Below, piece by piece: positions 1 through 8,513 of a DNA stretch of 33,957 nucleotides (position 1 is the stretch's first letter; each line of letters begins with the position of its first letter). The position numbers were made by a program, and so were the translations under genes. Under the pieces are notes generated by a model. That model made no database searches. It had not been told where the DNA came from and saw only the letters and a list, made by a program, of their open reading frames with translations. The stretch is from a bacterium. Lineage in GTDB: Bacteria > Patescibacteriota > Minisyncoccia > Phycocordibacterales > SBAW01. The stretch is taken from positions 1 through 33,957 of the forward strand of contig JAKAHS010000003.1 in NCBI GenBank assembly GCA_021814825.1, read 5' to 3'.

Positions 1-357
1 AAGCGGCTGCCATTCATTCTCGCCAAACTCATTCCGATATTCGGCGCACTGCCGTTCTACACCGCCCTGACGGTCATGTGTATTCTTAAAAAGAGCGCTC
101 CGGCGCTTGTGGGGGCTGCCAACACCACGAACAAAGAAGGCGGAGCGTCGCAAGAAGAAGGTGTGGAACAAGAGCCCCAACAGTCGGAGGAGGCTGCGAC
201 CTATGCGCCTGCGGCAAATGAAGACCTCTTTGCACAACCTCAAACGCAGCCTCGCGCGCGGAACGTCCTGCCGCTTACTCCTCGCCCGCTCCCGCGCACT
301 CCAACCGAAGGTATCCGTCCTCCGAATGTCTCGGCTGGCGAGCAGCGCGCTGCGTAA
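1..357 (+). CDS. 3' part of a membrane protein with an acidic/Pro-rich tail (truncated by the window edge)
   Basis: Frame is open from base 1 (KRLPFILAKLIPIFGALPFYTALTVMCIL...) to TAA at 355-357; hydrophobic segment followed by a low-complexity tail. Confidence 0.6.
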   Translation, partial: KRLPFILAKLIPIFGALPFYTALTVMCILKKSAPALVGAANTTNKEGGASQEEGVEQEPQQSEEAATYAPAANEDLFAQPQTQPRARNVLPLTPRPLPRTPTEGIRPPNVSAGEQRAA

Positions 358-375
358 ATGGTGTAGAATAATGGC

Positions 376-1398
376 ATGGTATCCCGCACGCTCAGCGCCA
401 TCGGTCTGCTCTTCTTTTTCTTTGCCGCATCGCCCGCGTTCGCGCTCGACATTGCCGGCCCGGCCCCCATTCAATACACGGTCTCGCCTGAAAACCCTGC
501 GCCGAACTCAACGGTCTATATTCAGCTCGACGGCATCGGCAACATCCTCGGTAATTCGATGATCATCTGGTCGCAGGATGGCACCGTGGTGGCGCAAGGA
601 TACGGACTTTCGTCCCACTCATTCACGATGGGAGGGCTCGGATCGCAGACGACGGTCACCATTGAGGTCGACTCCGCCACGCAAGGTGCTATCATCAAAA
701 CCTTTACGTTCAATCCGTCGCTCGTGAGTCTGGTGTGGGAAGGCCACACCTCTATTCCCCCATTCTTTGCGGGGAAGCCCCTCGCAAGCCCGGGGAGTAT
801 GATCACGGTCTTTGCATTCCCGACCGTGCACGTGGGAGGGGCGGCACAACCCGCAAGCAGCCTTTCATTCCAGTGGAGGCTCAATGACCAGGCGATGCCC
901 GCGCAATCCGGCATCGGACGCAGCTCATTCACCTTCATCAGCAACCAGCTCCACCAGAGCGAGGACGTGTCGGTATCGGTCTATACACAAAATGGCACGG
1001 CGGCTGGCAGCGGCAGCGTCACCATACCCCTCACGCAGCCTCGCCTGGTGTTTTACGTTCACGATCCGCTGCGCGGCATCCTCTATCAGAGCGCGCTCCC
1101 GAATTCCTTCACGATGCCCGGCACGGAAGTGACGGTCCGCGCCGAGCCGTTCTACTTTTCGACCAGTGGCGCCGGTGGGGTACAATATAGCTGGCAGATA
1201 AACGGAGAGGATACGAGCGGCCCCAACACGGCGCAGGGCGAACTTACGCTGCGCCAGACCGGAAGCGGAGCGGGCAGCGCCACGCTTTCCGTGGCGCTGC
1301 AAAACACTGACCCGGCGAAGCTGCTTCAAGCCGCGCAGTCAACGCTCACGGTCCTATTCGGACAAACAAATGCTTCTACCGGACTATTTGGATTGTAA
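376..1398 (+). CDS. Secreted protein with Ig-like beta-rich domains
   Basis: Signal peptide (AFA|LD); repeated 'W..DG/W.LN/W.ING' beta-sandwich patterns; TAGAAT 6 nt before the ATG. Confidence 0.7.
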   Translation: MVSRTLSAIGLLFFFFAASPAFALDIAGPAPIQYTVSPENPAPNSTVYIQLDGIGNILGNSMIIWSQDGTVVAQGYGLSSHSFTMGGLGSQTTVTIEVDSATQGAIIKTFTFNPSLVSLVWEGHTSIPPFFAGKPLASPGSMITVFAFPTVHVGGAAQPASSLSFQWRLNDQAMPAQSGIGRSSFTFISNQLHQSEDVSVSVYTQNGTAAGSGSVTIPLTQPRLVFYVHDPLRGILYQSALPNSFTMPGTEVTVRAEPFYFSTSGAGGVQYSWQINGEDTSGPNTAQGELTLRQTGSGAGSATLSVALQNTDPAKLLQAAQSTLTVLFGQTNASTGLFGL

Positions 1399-1401
1399 AA
1401 A

Positions 1402-2160
1402 ATGAGAAAAAATAAAAAAACTGAAGCTCGGAAGCTCGCGGCATCTTTGATCGCATGCATTATTTCGGTCATCCCAACAGCCGCACTCGCAGCAACGTAT
1501 CAAGTTGTTGATGTAAGCAATTGTAACAATCAGTATCTGGTGACGTGTGCGGCCGATGAATCATGCGTTGTGAACCAAACAGGGTCGGGGCAGGCATATA
1601 TGTGCGTAAAAACGGCAACCATTCAAAGCGGCGCGCCGACAAACAACTCATTCTCCACCTCAAACTGCGACAACCAGTGCCCTTCGTCTTCTCAATGTGT
1701 GGCAAATAATCTACAGATCCCGACGACTTATTTTTGCCAAACGATCTCTCAAACCACCCAAACCAACGGCACCACCGACTGCTCGGGCACGAACTGCAAT
1801 CTTAATTACGTCCCTCTTGAGCCGCTGCCAGGCAGCGTTCCCTCGGGAGCCTACGGCGACCTCGGCTCTTATCTCAACTATCTGTTCCCAATCCTTATCA
1901 CGATCGGCGCGATCCTCGGCGTCGGAACCTTCACCCTTTATGGCGTCGTGTACATGACCTCGTCGGTCGCCGGTAGCAAAGAAAAAGCAAAGACACGCAT
2001 GGAGAAGTCGATCTGGGGCCTCATCCTTCTCCTTGGTTCGGTCACCATCCTCACCACCATCAATCCGAATCTTACGAATTTTGCTAATCTCTCCAATCTT
2101 GGCAGCCGATTCAATCTCCAGCAGACCGGAACCAATTCGGTTGTGTCAGGCTCTCAATAG
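1402..2160 (+). CDS. Patescibacteria-type pilin (TrbC/VirB2-like C-terminus) with a Cys-rich N-terminal domain
   Basis: Signal peptide; 10 Cys after the signal region; YVPLEPLPG...YMTS...KAK.RM...IWGL.LLL.S..IL.TINPNL with two TM helices. Confidence 0.7.
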   Translation: MRKNKKTEARKLAASLIACIISVIPTAALAATYQVVDVSNCNNQYLVTCAADESCVVNQTGSGQAYMCVKTATIQSGAPTNNSFSTSNCDNQCPSSSQCVANNLQIPTTYFCQTISQTTQTNGTTDCSGTNCNLNYVPLEPLPGSVPSGAYGDLGSYLNYLFPILITIGAILGVGTFTLYGVVYMTSSVAGSKEKAKTRMEKSIWGLILLLGSVTILTTINPNLTNFANLSNLGSRFNLQQTGTNSVVSGSQ

Positions 2161-2191
2161 ATACATAGCGCTCTGAAACAGGCCCTTTCTC

Positions 2192-3454
2192 ATGAAGATC
2201 AATTGGAAAAATATCGTGCTGGCGCTCAGCGGCCTTGTGGTGATCGTGGCTATCGTGCTGCTGGTCGGTTCGTTCTTCGGCAAACCAGCCGGCGTGCCGC
2301 AGGGTGGCGGCGCATTCGGCACATCGTCCGCAGTCGGAGTGGCCGCTCCCCTCGGGGGGGCAGGTGGCGGCGTTTCCTTACCGTCGTTCGCGACGGGGAC
2401 CAGCACCTATGCCGGGCCGCCGATCTTCAAGATCGCCGACGGCCCCATCGTCGCCGCAACCCTCATCGAAGGCGGCGCACCGACCACGACCAGCGCACGC
2501 TACATCACTAGCCTCGATGGGCACGTGATCGATCTTCCGCTTGATGTCCCGGGCGCCGCACCACGGACCGTGTCGAACACGACCATACCGGGCGTGCTCC
2601 ATGCGAGCTTCACCGAAGCAGGGAGCGGCGTCATCGTTCAATATCTCCAGAGTGGCACTATCAAGAGCGCGCACCTTTCGCTACCCATTGCAGGAACAAC
2701 AACGCCAGCAACCGGTGTAACGGTGCGCTTCCTCCCGGACAACATCATAGCGCTCGCCGTGTCGCCAAGCGGCACCTCGATCGCATACGCGCTCTCGGCA
2801 GGAAGTGTCGGCCTCACGCTATACACTGCCGCCGCGGATGGAAGCAGCGCCAAAGCGCTGGCGACCACACCTCTTTCGCATATCCAGCTCGCCTGGCCGT
2901 CAAAAACAACGCTTGTGTTCTACACCAACAGCGCCTCTGGTGTCGGCGGCGTTGTCTTCTCGCTAAATGCAACCACCGGAGCGATCACGCCGCTTCTCTC
3001 CGGCGCGGGCATTACCGCGAGCGTCGATCCGTCATTCTCGTCGCTTATTCACCGCATCGACTCGGGCACGCGCTCCACTCTTTTTACAGAAGATCTTAAG
3101 ACAGGGAGTGTCGCTTACTCGGCGCCGGCTGCTTCTTCTCTCGGAGCGCTCATACCGGAGACCTGCGTGTGGAGTACCGCCTCTACAACCCACGCCTACT
3201 GCACAGCTCCATCTTCGGCAGCGCCGGCAAATTATCTTGACCTCTGGCACAGCGGCGAAGCAAGCTTCCCGAGCGCACTCGTGTCGCTCGACGGTAGCAC
3301 CGGGCTCTCCCTTCCTCTTGCAACGCCTGGTTCTCGCGATGGCGGCGAACCGTCCGACATGATCGATCTTGCGCTCTCGCAGAGCGGGCAGTATCTCTCC
3401 TTCATTGCCAAGGACGACGGGTCGCTGTGGGGTGTGAGGCTAAATAAAAAATAA
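2192..3454 (+). CDS. Membrane-anchored beta-propeller-like surface protein
   Basis: N-terminal TM helix; propeller-like repeats (AVSPSGTSIAY, LSQSGQYLSF...LW). Confidence 0.65.
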   Translation: MKINWKNIVLALSGLVVIVAIVLLVGSFFGKPAGVPQGGGAFGTSSAVGVAAPLGGAGGGVSLPSFATGTSTYAGPPIFKIADGPIVAATLIEGGAPTTTSARYITSLDGHVIDLPLDVPGAAPRTVSNTTIPGVLHASFTEAGSGVIVQYLQSGTIKSAHLSLPIAGTTTPATGVTVRFLPDNIIALAVSPSGTSIAYALSAGSVGLTLYTAAADGSSAKALATTPLSHIQLAWPSKTTLVFYTNSASGVGGVVFSLNATTGAITPLLSGAGITASVDPSFSSLIHRIDSGTRSTLFTEDLKTGSVAYSAPAASSLGALIPETCVWSTASTTHAYCTAPSSAAPANYLDLWHSGEASFPSALVSLDGSTGLSLPLATPGSRDGGEPSDMIDLALSQSGQYLSFIAKDDGSLWGVRLNKK

Positions 3455-3466
3455 CGATGTTCCGGC

Positions 3467-3500
3467 TAAAAAACAGAGCGCCTCGGCGCTCTGTTTTTTA
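3467..3500. terminator. Bidirectional intrinsic terminator
   Basis: TAAAAAACAGAGCGC-CTCG-GCGCTCTGTTTTTTA perfect inverted repeat between convergent genes. Confidence 0.85.
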
Positions 3501-3504
3501 ATTA

Positions 3505-3966
3505 TTACTCGTATCTTGAATTTTGTTTTTTTAACACGATGTGTCGTGTTTTGCCTTCGCCGCGAGATTCGGTCTCGATATCGGGGTCTTCTGCGAACAT
3601 TTCGTGGACAACAAGTCGTTCATAGGAACTCATGGGCTCGAGTTCGACCTCATGGTTGAAGGTGCGAGCACGCTCAGCAAGCAGTTTGACCTTATCGCGC
3701 AACTCCTGCAGCCGACCTTCATGGTATCCGTTCACGTCAATGAGAAAACCTGCAGTGTCTTTGCCGAAGCGCTTCTCAGCCATACGACGGGCGATCGCAT
3801 TGAGCGCTTGCAGCGTTTCGCCTCTCTCGCCGATCACGAGGTTAGAATCAGGCGTCGAAACCACCACGACCGTTCGCTGCCCGCTTGAAACTTCTATCGT
3901 GTCAATCGACACGCAAAGCGCGCTGAGCATATCCCCAACCAGTTGCTTGAGTGCATCGGCATCCAT
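3505..3966 (-). CDS. jag: Jag/EloR (KhpB) RNA-binding protein with KH and R3H domains
   Basis: IGERGETLQAL KH motif and PMSSYERLVVH R3H motif; downstream of yidC; start placed at MDADALK. Confidence 0.88.
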   Translation of the reverse strand: MDADALKQLVGDMLSALCVSIDTIEVSSGQRTVVVVSTPDSNLVIGERGETLQALNAIARRMAEKRFGKDTAGFLIDVNGYHEGRLQELRDKVKLLAERARTFNHEVELEPMSSYERLVVHEMFAEDPDIETESRGEGKTRHIVLKKQNSRYE

Positions 3967-4039
3967 ATCAGACACCTTACCGCAAGGAAGGGTGATAAGC
4001 AACCCGAACGACACATTGGAACATGTTTTAGAAAGTTTT

Positions 4040-4753
4040 TTAGAGCGGTCGATGCTTGAAGTACAACTCCTGCGCGATGGAAACGACGCTCGTGGTGATC
4101 ACATACACGCCGACAGCTGCCGGAAAAGTGTAGCCGACAAATGCCATCATGGCGGGGAAGAAGTACAGCATCATTGTGCGTTGCATTTCCTGCATCTGCT
4201 TCTGTGCCGGTTTCATCGCGGCAGAAGCGGCAGCCGCGGTACGCGCGAGAGTAAGCCGCATCGCATAATACTGCGCGGCCACGACCAGCACGGTGATCAC
4301 GATACTGCGCGTTCCGGTGAGATCGACTACGCCGAAGAGGCGCTCACTTATCACGCTCGGCGCATGCACGAACGAATACAAAAGCTCGGTATGGATCTTG
4401 GCAAGACCGAGACGGAAGAAAACGTACGAGAGGGCGATGAACACCGCCACCTGGACGACGGTCGAGAAGAGCATGGTGAACGGCCGTATCTTGTGCCGGC
4501 TGAACAGCTCTGCTGTTCTGCGGGAGCGCTCCATAGGAGCTTCTTTGTATCGTTCATTGATGTCGGCGAGCTCAGGCTGCACCACCTGAAGCGCCATCTG
4601 CGTGCGGATAGCAGAGGCGAACATGGGGAAGAAGATGAAGCGGATGAGCAGCGTGATCACGATGATCGCCATACCAACATCGCCGCCCGGCATGACCCCG
4701 AGGACGAAAATGAAAGCGTTATAGATCGGCTGCACTAAATAGGTCGTAAACAT
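4040..4753 (-). CDS. yidC: Membrane protein insertase YidC
   Basis: AIIVITLLIRFIFFP...QPEL..I..RYK and FPAAVGVY motifs; rpmH-rnpA-yidC-jag synteny. Confidence 0.92.
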   Translation of the reverse strand: MFTTYLVQPIYNAFIFVLGVMPGGDVGMAIIVITLLIRFIFFPMFASAIRTQMALQVVQPELADINERYKEAPMERSRRTAELFSRHKIRPFTMLFSTVVQVAVFIALSYVFFRLGLAKIHTELLYSFVHAPSVISERLFGVVDLTGTRSIVITVLVVAAQYYAMRLTLARTAAAASAAMKPAQKQMQEMQRTMMLYFFPAMMAFVGYTFPAAVGVYVITTSVVSIAQELYFKHRPL

Positions 4754-4763
4754 GCCAGGGGGA

Positions 4764-5108
4764 TTATATTAATGCTGAGATAATGGAAGCTGCGTCGGCG
4801 GCGAATGCGCGTCCGTACGGCTCGTCGGGGAGCGTGTTCACGATGAACACGATACGCAGCGGCACCGGTGTTCCGATCGTTCCGATCGCACCGTACAAGG
4901 CACGGCGCACACGATTGCGTACAACCGCGGTCTTCGCGACTTTCTTAGAAATGACCGCTGCCGCTCGTATTGTACCATCTCCACCCCCAGACTTCTCCGC
5001 CTCCGTGCGAAGCACCCGCGCCGTCATAAAGCGACCGCGCGCAAAAGATCCGCGGCGCATGACCTCGGCAACTTCGGCGGTTCGCAATCGTTGTGAACGA
5101 GGAAGCAT
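4764..5108 (-). CDS. rnpA: Ribonuclease P protein component
   Basis: MLPRSQRL start; SKKVAKTAVVRNRVRR RNR motif. Confidence 0.9.
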   Translation of the reverse strand: MLPRSQRLRTAEVAEVMRRGSFARGRFMTARVLRTEAEKSGGGDGTIRAAAVISKKVAKTAVVRNRVRRALYGAIGTIGTPVPLRIVFIVNTLPDEPYGRAFAADAASIISALI

Positions 5109-5135
5109 TGTAGACTCACTATAACCCCTAACCAA

Positions 5136-5157
5136 AACAGCCCCGGGTGGGGCTGTT
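5136..5157 (-). terminator. Terminator hairpin after rpmH
   Basis: AACAGCCCC-GGGT-GGGGCTGTT, followed by T's on the minus strand. Confidence 0.6.
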
Positions 5158-5305
5158 ATTTTACCGTAGTGTTGATCGCTATGCGTGCGCGTCCTTTTTG
5201 TCGGCGGCGGGCGAGCACTTTACGGCCGGCAGCCGTGGCGGTCTTCGCCAAAAAGCCGTGCGTGCGGGCGCGTTTGCGCTTTTTCGGCTGATACGTTCGT
5301 TTCAT
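5156..5305 (-). CDS. rpmH: 50S ribosomal protein L34
   Basis: [19 protein letters not shown]...[13 protein letters not shown]. Confidence 0.96.
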   Translation of the reverse strand: MKRTYQPKKRKRARTHGFLAKTATAAGRKVLARRRQKGRARIAINTTVK

Positions 5306-5312
5306 AAAAGGC

Positions 5313-5341
5313 ACTATACCGCAAGTATCATATTTAATCAA
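5313..5341 (-). promoter_or_regulatory. Sigma70 promoter of rpmH (probably leaderless mRNA)
   Basis: TTGATT-N17-TATAGT, 7 nt before the ATG. Confidence 0.7.
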
Positions 5342-5463
5342 CAAATACTCGCGAGCCCCGAGATTGTCGCATAGCAGCTCAAGATCATTGAGTTTAACGG
5401 ATTCGGACAAAACAAGACATGACGTCAGTTTTTTCTTTCCAGCCGGTCACGGTTTTCCCCAGG

Positions 5464-5472
5464 TTATCCACA
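5464..5472 (+). promoter_or_regulatory. DnaA box upstream of dnaA
   Basis: Perfect TTATCCACA. Confidence 0.85.
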
Positions 5473-5536
5473 TGTTCGATTTTAGCGCGATAGGGAGGGT
5501 ATTCCGCGAAAGAGGCTGTGCCGCTATAATGCCCCC

Positions 5537-6871
5537 ATGACCACCACGCGCGAACTCTGGGAGAACGCCCTTACCGACCTCGAACTCACCATCCCGAAAG
5601 CCGCCTTCAACACCTGGTTCCGCGATACTCACATTGTCCGCGTCGATGATGGCGTCGTGTTCGTCGGTGTTCCAAGCCAATTCATCCGCGACTGGTTCGC
5701 GACCAAATATCACAAGCTCATCCTCGCTTCTCTCCGACGCCTTTCGGAGAACGTGCGCTCGGTCGAATACATCATCTCAAAACATCCGAAAAAGAGCGCG
5801 GAGGAGGTCCGCCCCGCGACGTCGCTTGGCGAACTGCCGCTTGAGAATGTTCACTCTCAGACCAATCTCAACCCGCGCTACACCTTCAACTCGTTCATCG
5901 TCGGTCCGTTCAATGAGCTCGCACATGCCGCTGCTCAAGCGGTCTCCAAGAAGCCGGGTATCGCTTACAATCCGCTCTTCGTGTACGGCGAGCCGGGCCT
6001 CGGCAAGACGCACCTCATCCAAGCGATAGGAAATAGTTTCCGCGCACAAGCGCCGGAGCGGAAGACCTACTACATAACGTCCGAGAAATTCTATCTTGAG
6101 TATGTTGCCGCAATGCAGTCGAGCCGCATTCCTGCGTTCAAAGAAAAGTACCGCGAGTACGACTTGCTTGTCATGGATGACATCCAGTTCCTATCCGGGA
6201 AAAGCGGCACACAGGAAGAGCTCTTCCACCTCTTCAACGCGCTCTTTGATAAGAACCGCCAGCTCGTATTCTCGTCAGACCAGCACCCTAATCTGATCCA
6301 AAAACTTGTTGATCGTCTTAAGTCGCGCTTCAGCCAAGGGATGGTGGTGTCTATCACGCCGCCTGATCATGAGAGCCGTGTGGCGATCGTGCGCGCAAAG
6401 GCCGCATCGCGCGGCAGTGTGCTGCCAGACGAGATCTCCGACTACGTCGCGTCAACCGTGAACGGCAACGTGCGCGAGCTTGAGGGCGCGATCAATACGC
6501 TTCTTCTCTCGCTGGAAATGCGCGATGGTCCGCTCTCGCTGGCTGACGCAAAAGAGCTTCTTCGCGCCGCCGCCGCGCCCAAGAAGTCGGTCTCTATTCC
6601 TGAGATCGTTAAGACGATCGCTGAATTCTATAACATCGAAGAGAACGATATTTACGAAAAGACACGCCGAAAAGAAGTGGTTCATCCGCGCCAGGTCGTC
6701 ATGTATATCTTGCGCGAGGATTTCAAGATCTCATTCCCGACAATCGGCGAGAAACTTGGCGGCCGTGATCATACGACTGTTATCCACTCATGCGAGAAGG
6801 TCAAGAAGGATACTCAAACCAACAGTGAGTTGCTGCAGGAGCTTCAGCAGATACGGAACATGTTGAGATGA
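5537..6871 (+). CDS. dnaA: Chromosomal replication initiator DnaA
   Basis: NPLFVYGEPGLGKTHL Walker A; DDIQFL; GGRDHTTVIH. Confidence 0.98.
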   Translation: MTTTRELWENALTDLELTIPKAAFNTWFRDTHIVRVDDGVVFVGVPSQFIRDWFATKYHKLILASLRRLSENVRSVEYIISKHPKKSAEEVRPATSLGELPLENVHSQTNLNPRYTFNSFIVGPFNELAHAAAQAVSKKPGIAYNPLFVYGEPGLGKTHLIQAIGNSFRAQAPERKTYYITSEKFYLEYVAAMQSSRIPAFKEKYREYDLLVMDDIQFLSGKSGTQEELFHLFNALFDKNRQLVFSSDQHPNLIQKLVDRLKSRFSQGMVVSITPPDHESRVAIVRAKAASRGSVLPDEISDYVASTVNGNVRELEGAINTLLLSLEMRDGPLSLADAKELLRAAAAPKKSVSIPEIVKTIAEFYNIEENDIYEKTRRKEVVHPRQVVMYILREDFKISFPTIGEKLGGRDHTTVIHSCEKVKKDTQTNSELLQELQQIRNMLR

Positions 6872-7079
6872 TGTGGATAAGATACGGACAGTACGTTCGT
6901 AAAAACTGAACAGTGACAGGAACTGCAACAACCACCCACAACCCAACTGAACAATCCACAACTAGCAAGACCTCCAACTAAACAAAAACACTTACCTCAC
7001 ACCATATTTTCCACTATCCACTATCCACACCTCCTTCTTAGCTTCGTTTTGATATTTATTTAATTTAAAAACAAATACT
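6872..7079. other. Probable oriC (dnaA-dnaN intergenic region)
   Basis: TGTGGATAA at 6872-6880; degenerate boxes at 6952-6960 and 7007-7029 (TTTTCCACT, CTATCCACT, CTATCCACA); AT-rich unwinding-like tract at 7047-7079. Confidence 0.75.
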
Positions 7080-8177
7080 ATGAGATTCGAATGTACAGTG
7101 GAAAACTTAGTTGAGGCAGCATCGATCGCGGCACGATTTGTACAGCGTGGCGGGACTATGCCGACTCTGAATTCGATCTATCTCGAGACGAATGGTGATT
7201 CAGTGGTACTTCGAGCAACTAATCTTGAATATGGTGTTGAAGTGGTGGTGCCGGCGCGAGTCCTTTCCTCTGGTGCGGCAGCTATATCAAGTGCGACGTT
7301 GATAGGTTTTATTTCAAATAGTCATGGGCATTCGATCGAATGTACGGTTGATGGTGGGGTTATGAAGTTAAAAACAGAGAGAACCTCAGCAACGATCAAA
7401 ACCACTCCTCATGATGATTTTCCTATTCTTCCGCGCATACCCGCAGAGCATTCTTTTGTGGTAAAAGCACAAGATCTCGCTAAAGGTATCAGATCGGTAC
7501 TCAACTGCGCATCTGTGTCGAATGTAAAACCAGAACTGCAAAGTGTGTTGGTGTATGGTGATGTGGGTAAGTTGTACTTTGTTGCGACTGATTCGTTCCG
7601 TCTCGCGGAAAAACAAGTAGCGCTTAAAAGCCCGGGTTCGGTACCGAACCTTCTCATGCCGGCGCGCAACGTGAGCGAGCTGGTGCGTATCCTTGAAGGA
7701 GTGAAGGGTGATATAGAAGTGTACTACAACGACAATCAATTCTCGATACAAATAGAAGGAGTGTACTATACTAGCCGCCTCCTCGATGGTACGTACCCAA
7801 ACTATACGCAGATCGTGCCAAAATCATTCACCACCGAGGTGGTGTTGCTGCGCGACGATCTCTCTCAGGCACTCAAAGGACTCTCAGTGTTCAATGATAA
7901 GTTTTTGCAGGTAGTGTTCATGGTTCAGCCGAAGGAAAAGACCGTACATCTTTCATCACGCAACGCTGATGTCGGAGAAGAAGAGTGCGTACTGAAGGCG
8001 GCGGTTTCCGGCGAACAGATCACGATGACATTCAACAGTAAGTATCTGGCCGACGGTCTGACGCCGCTTGCGGGGGAGAGTGTGCGTATTCGACTCAATG
8101 GTGCCGGAAGGCCAGCGCTCATTCAAGATGTAGCTGATGATTCGTTCTTCTATCTCGCGATGCCGATGAATAGATAA
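7080..8177 (+). CDS. dnaN: DNA polymerase III beta sliding clamp
   Basis: ATNLE, VATDSFRLAE, SRLLDGTYPNY and C-terminal AMPM motifs; follows dnaA. Confidence 0.96.
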   Translation: MRFECTVENLVEAASIAARFVQRGGTMPTLNSIYLETNGDSVVLRATNLEYGVEVVVPARVLSSGAAAISSATLIGFISNSHGHSIECTVDGGVMKLKTERTSATIKTTPHDDFPILPRIPAEHSFVVKAQDLAKGIRSVLNCASVSNVKPELQSVLVYGDVGKLYFVATDSFRLAEKQVALKSPGSVPNLLMPARNVSELVRILEGVKGDIEVYYNDNQFSIQIEGVYYTSRLLDGTYPNYTQIVPKSFTTEVVLLRDDLSQALKGLSVFNDKFLQVVFMVQPKEKTVHLSSRNADVGEEECVLKAAVSGEQITMTFNSKYLADGLTPLAGESVRIRLNGAGRPALIQDVADDSFFYLAMPMNR

Positions 8178-8181
8178 TGGG

Positions 8182-8250
8182 GCTGTTGGCTGGCAGCTTT
8201 TAGGTGTTAGGGTCGGCTAAAAGCTAAAAGCTAAAAGCCAAAAGCTTTTA
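8182..8250. repeat. Heptamer tandem repeats with an inverted partner
   Basis: GCTAAAA x3, GCCAAAA, GCTTTTA at 8216-8250; preceded by GCTGTTG GCTGGCA GCTTTTA GGTGTTA. Confidence 0.7.
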
Positions 8251-8251
8251 G

Positions 8252-8506
8252 ATGAAAACCATCTCGTCACTTCTCTCTCGTTTTAAGGATTTCACGCCGC
8301 CGTCTTTGGCGGTGGTGCGAGCGGTGAGGGGCATCCTCAAAGAAAAATTCAGCATCGACGTGCCAGAGCGCAGCATCCGCTATTCGCACGGCACTGCACA
8401 TATCGCACAGGGCGGCGTGCAGAAAACAGAAATACTTCTTCACAAACAGGAGATCATCTCCGCAGTCCGCGCCGTGGTCGGCGACGGGTTTCGGGATATA
8501 CAGTGA
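8252..8506 (+). CDS. Small protein, possibly DciA/DUF721-like
   Basis: Directly after dnaN; pattern G.AHI....VQKTEILLHKQEII resembles the DciA KH-like fold (inference). Confidence 0.5.
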   Translation: MKTISSLLSRFKDFTPPSLAVVRAVRGILKEKFSIDVPERSIRYSHGTAHIAQGGVQKTEILLHKQEIISAVRAVVGDGFRDIQ

Positions 8507-8513
8507 CGGCATC

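Noticed and set aside
3632-4738. Long antisense ORFs (also 10944-11960, 24251-25138 and similar)
   Set aside because: Shadows of real genes in high-GC DNA
8182-8250. CRISPR array
   Set aside because: Repeats are 7-9 nt with no spacers; no array or cas genes anywhere in the window
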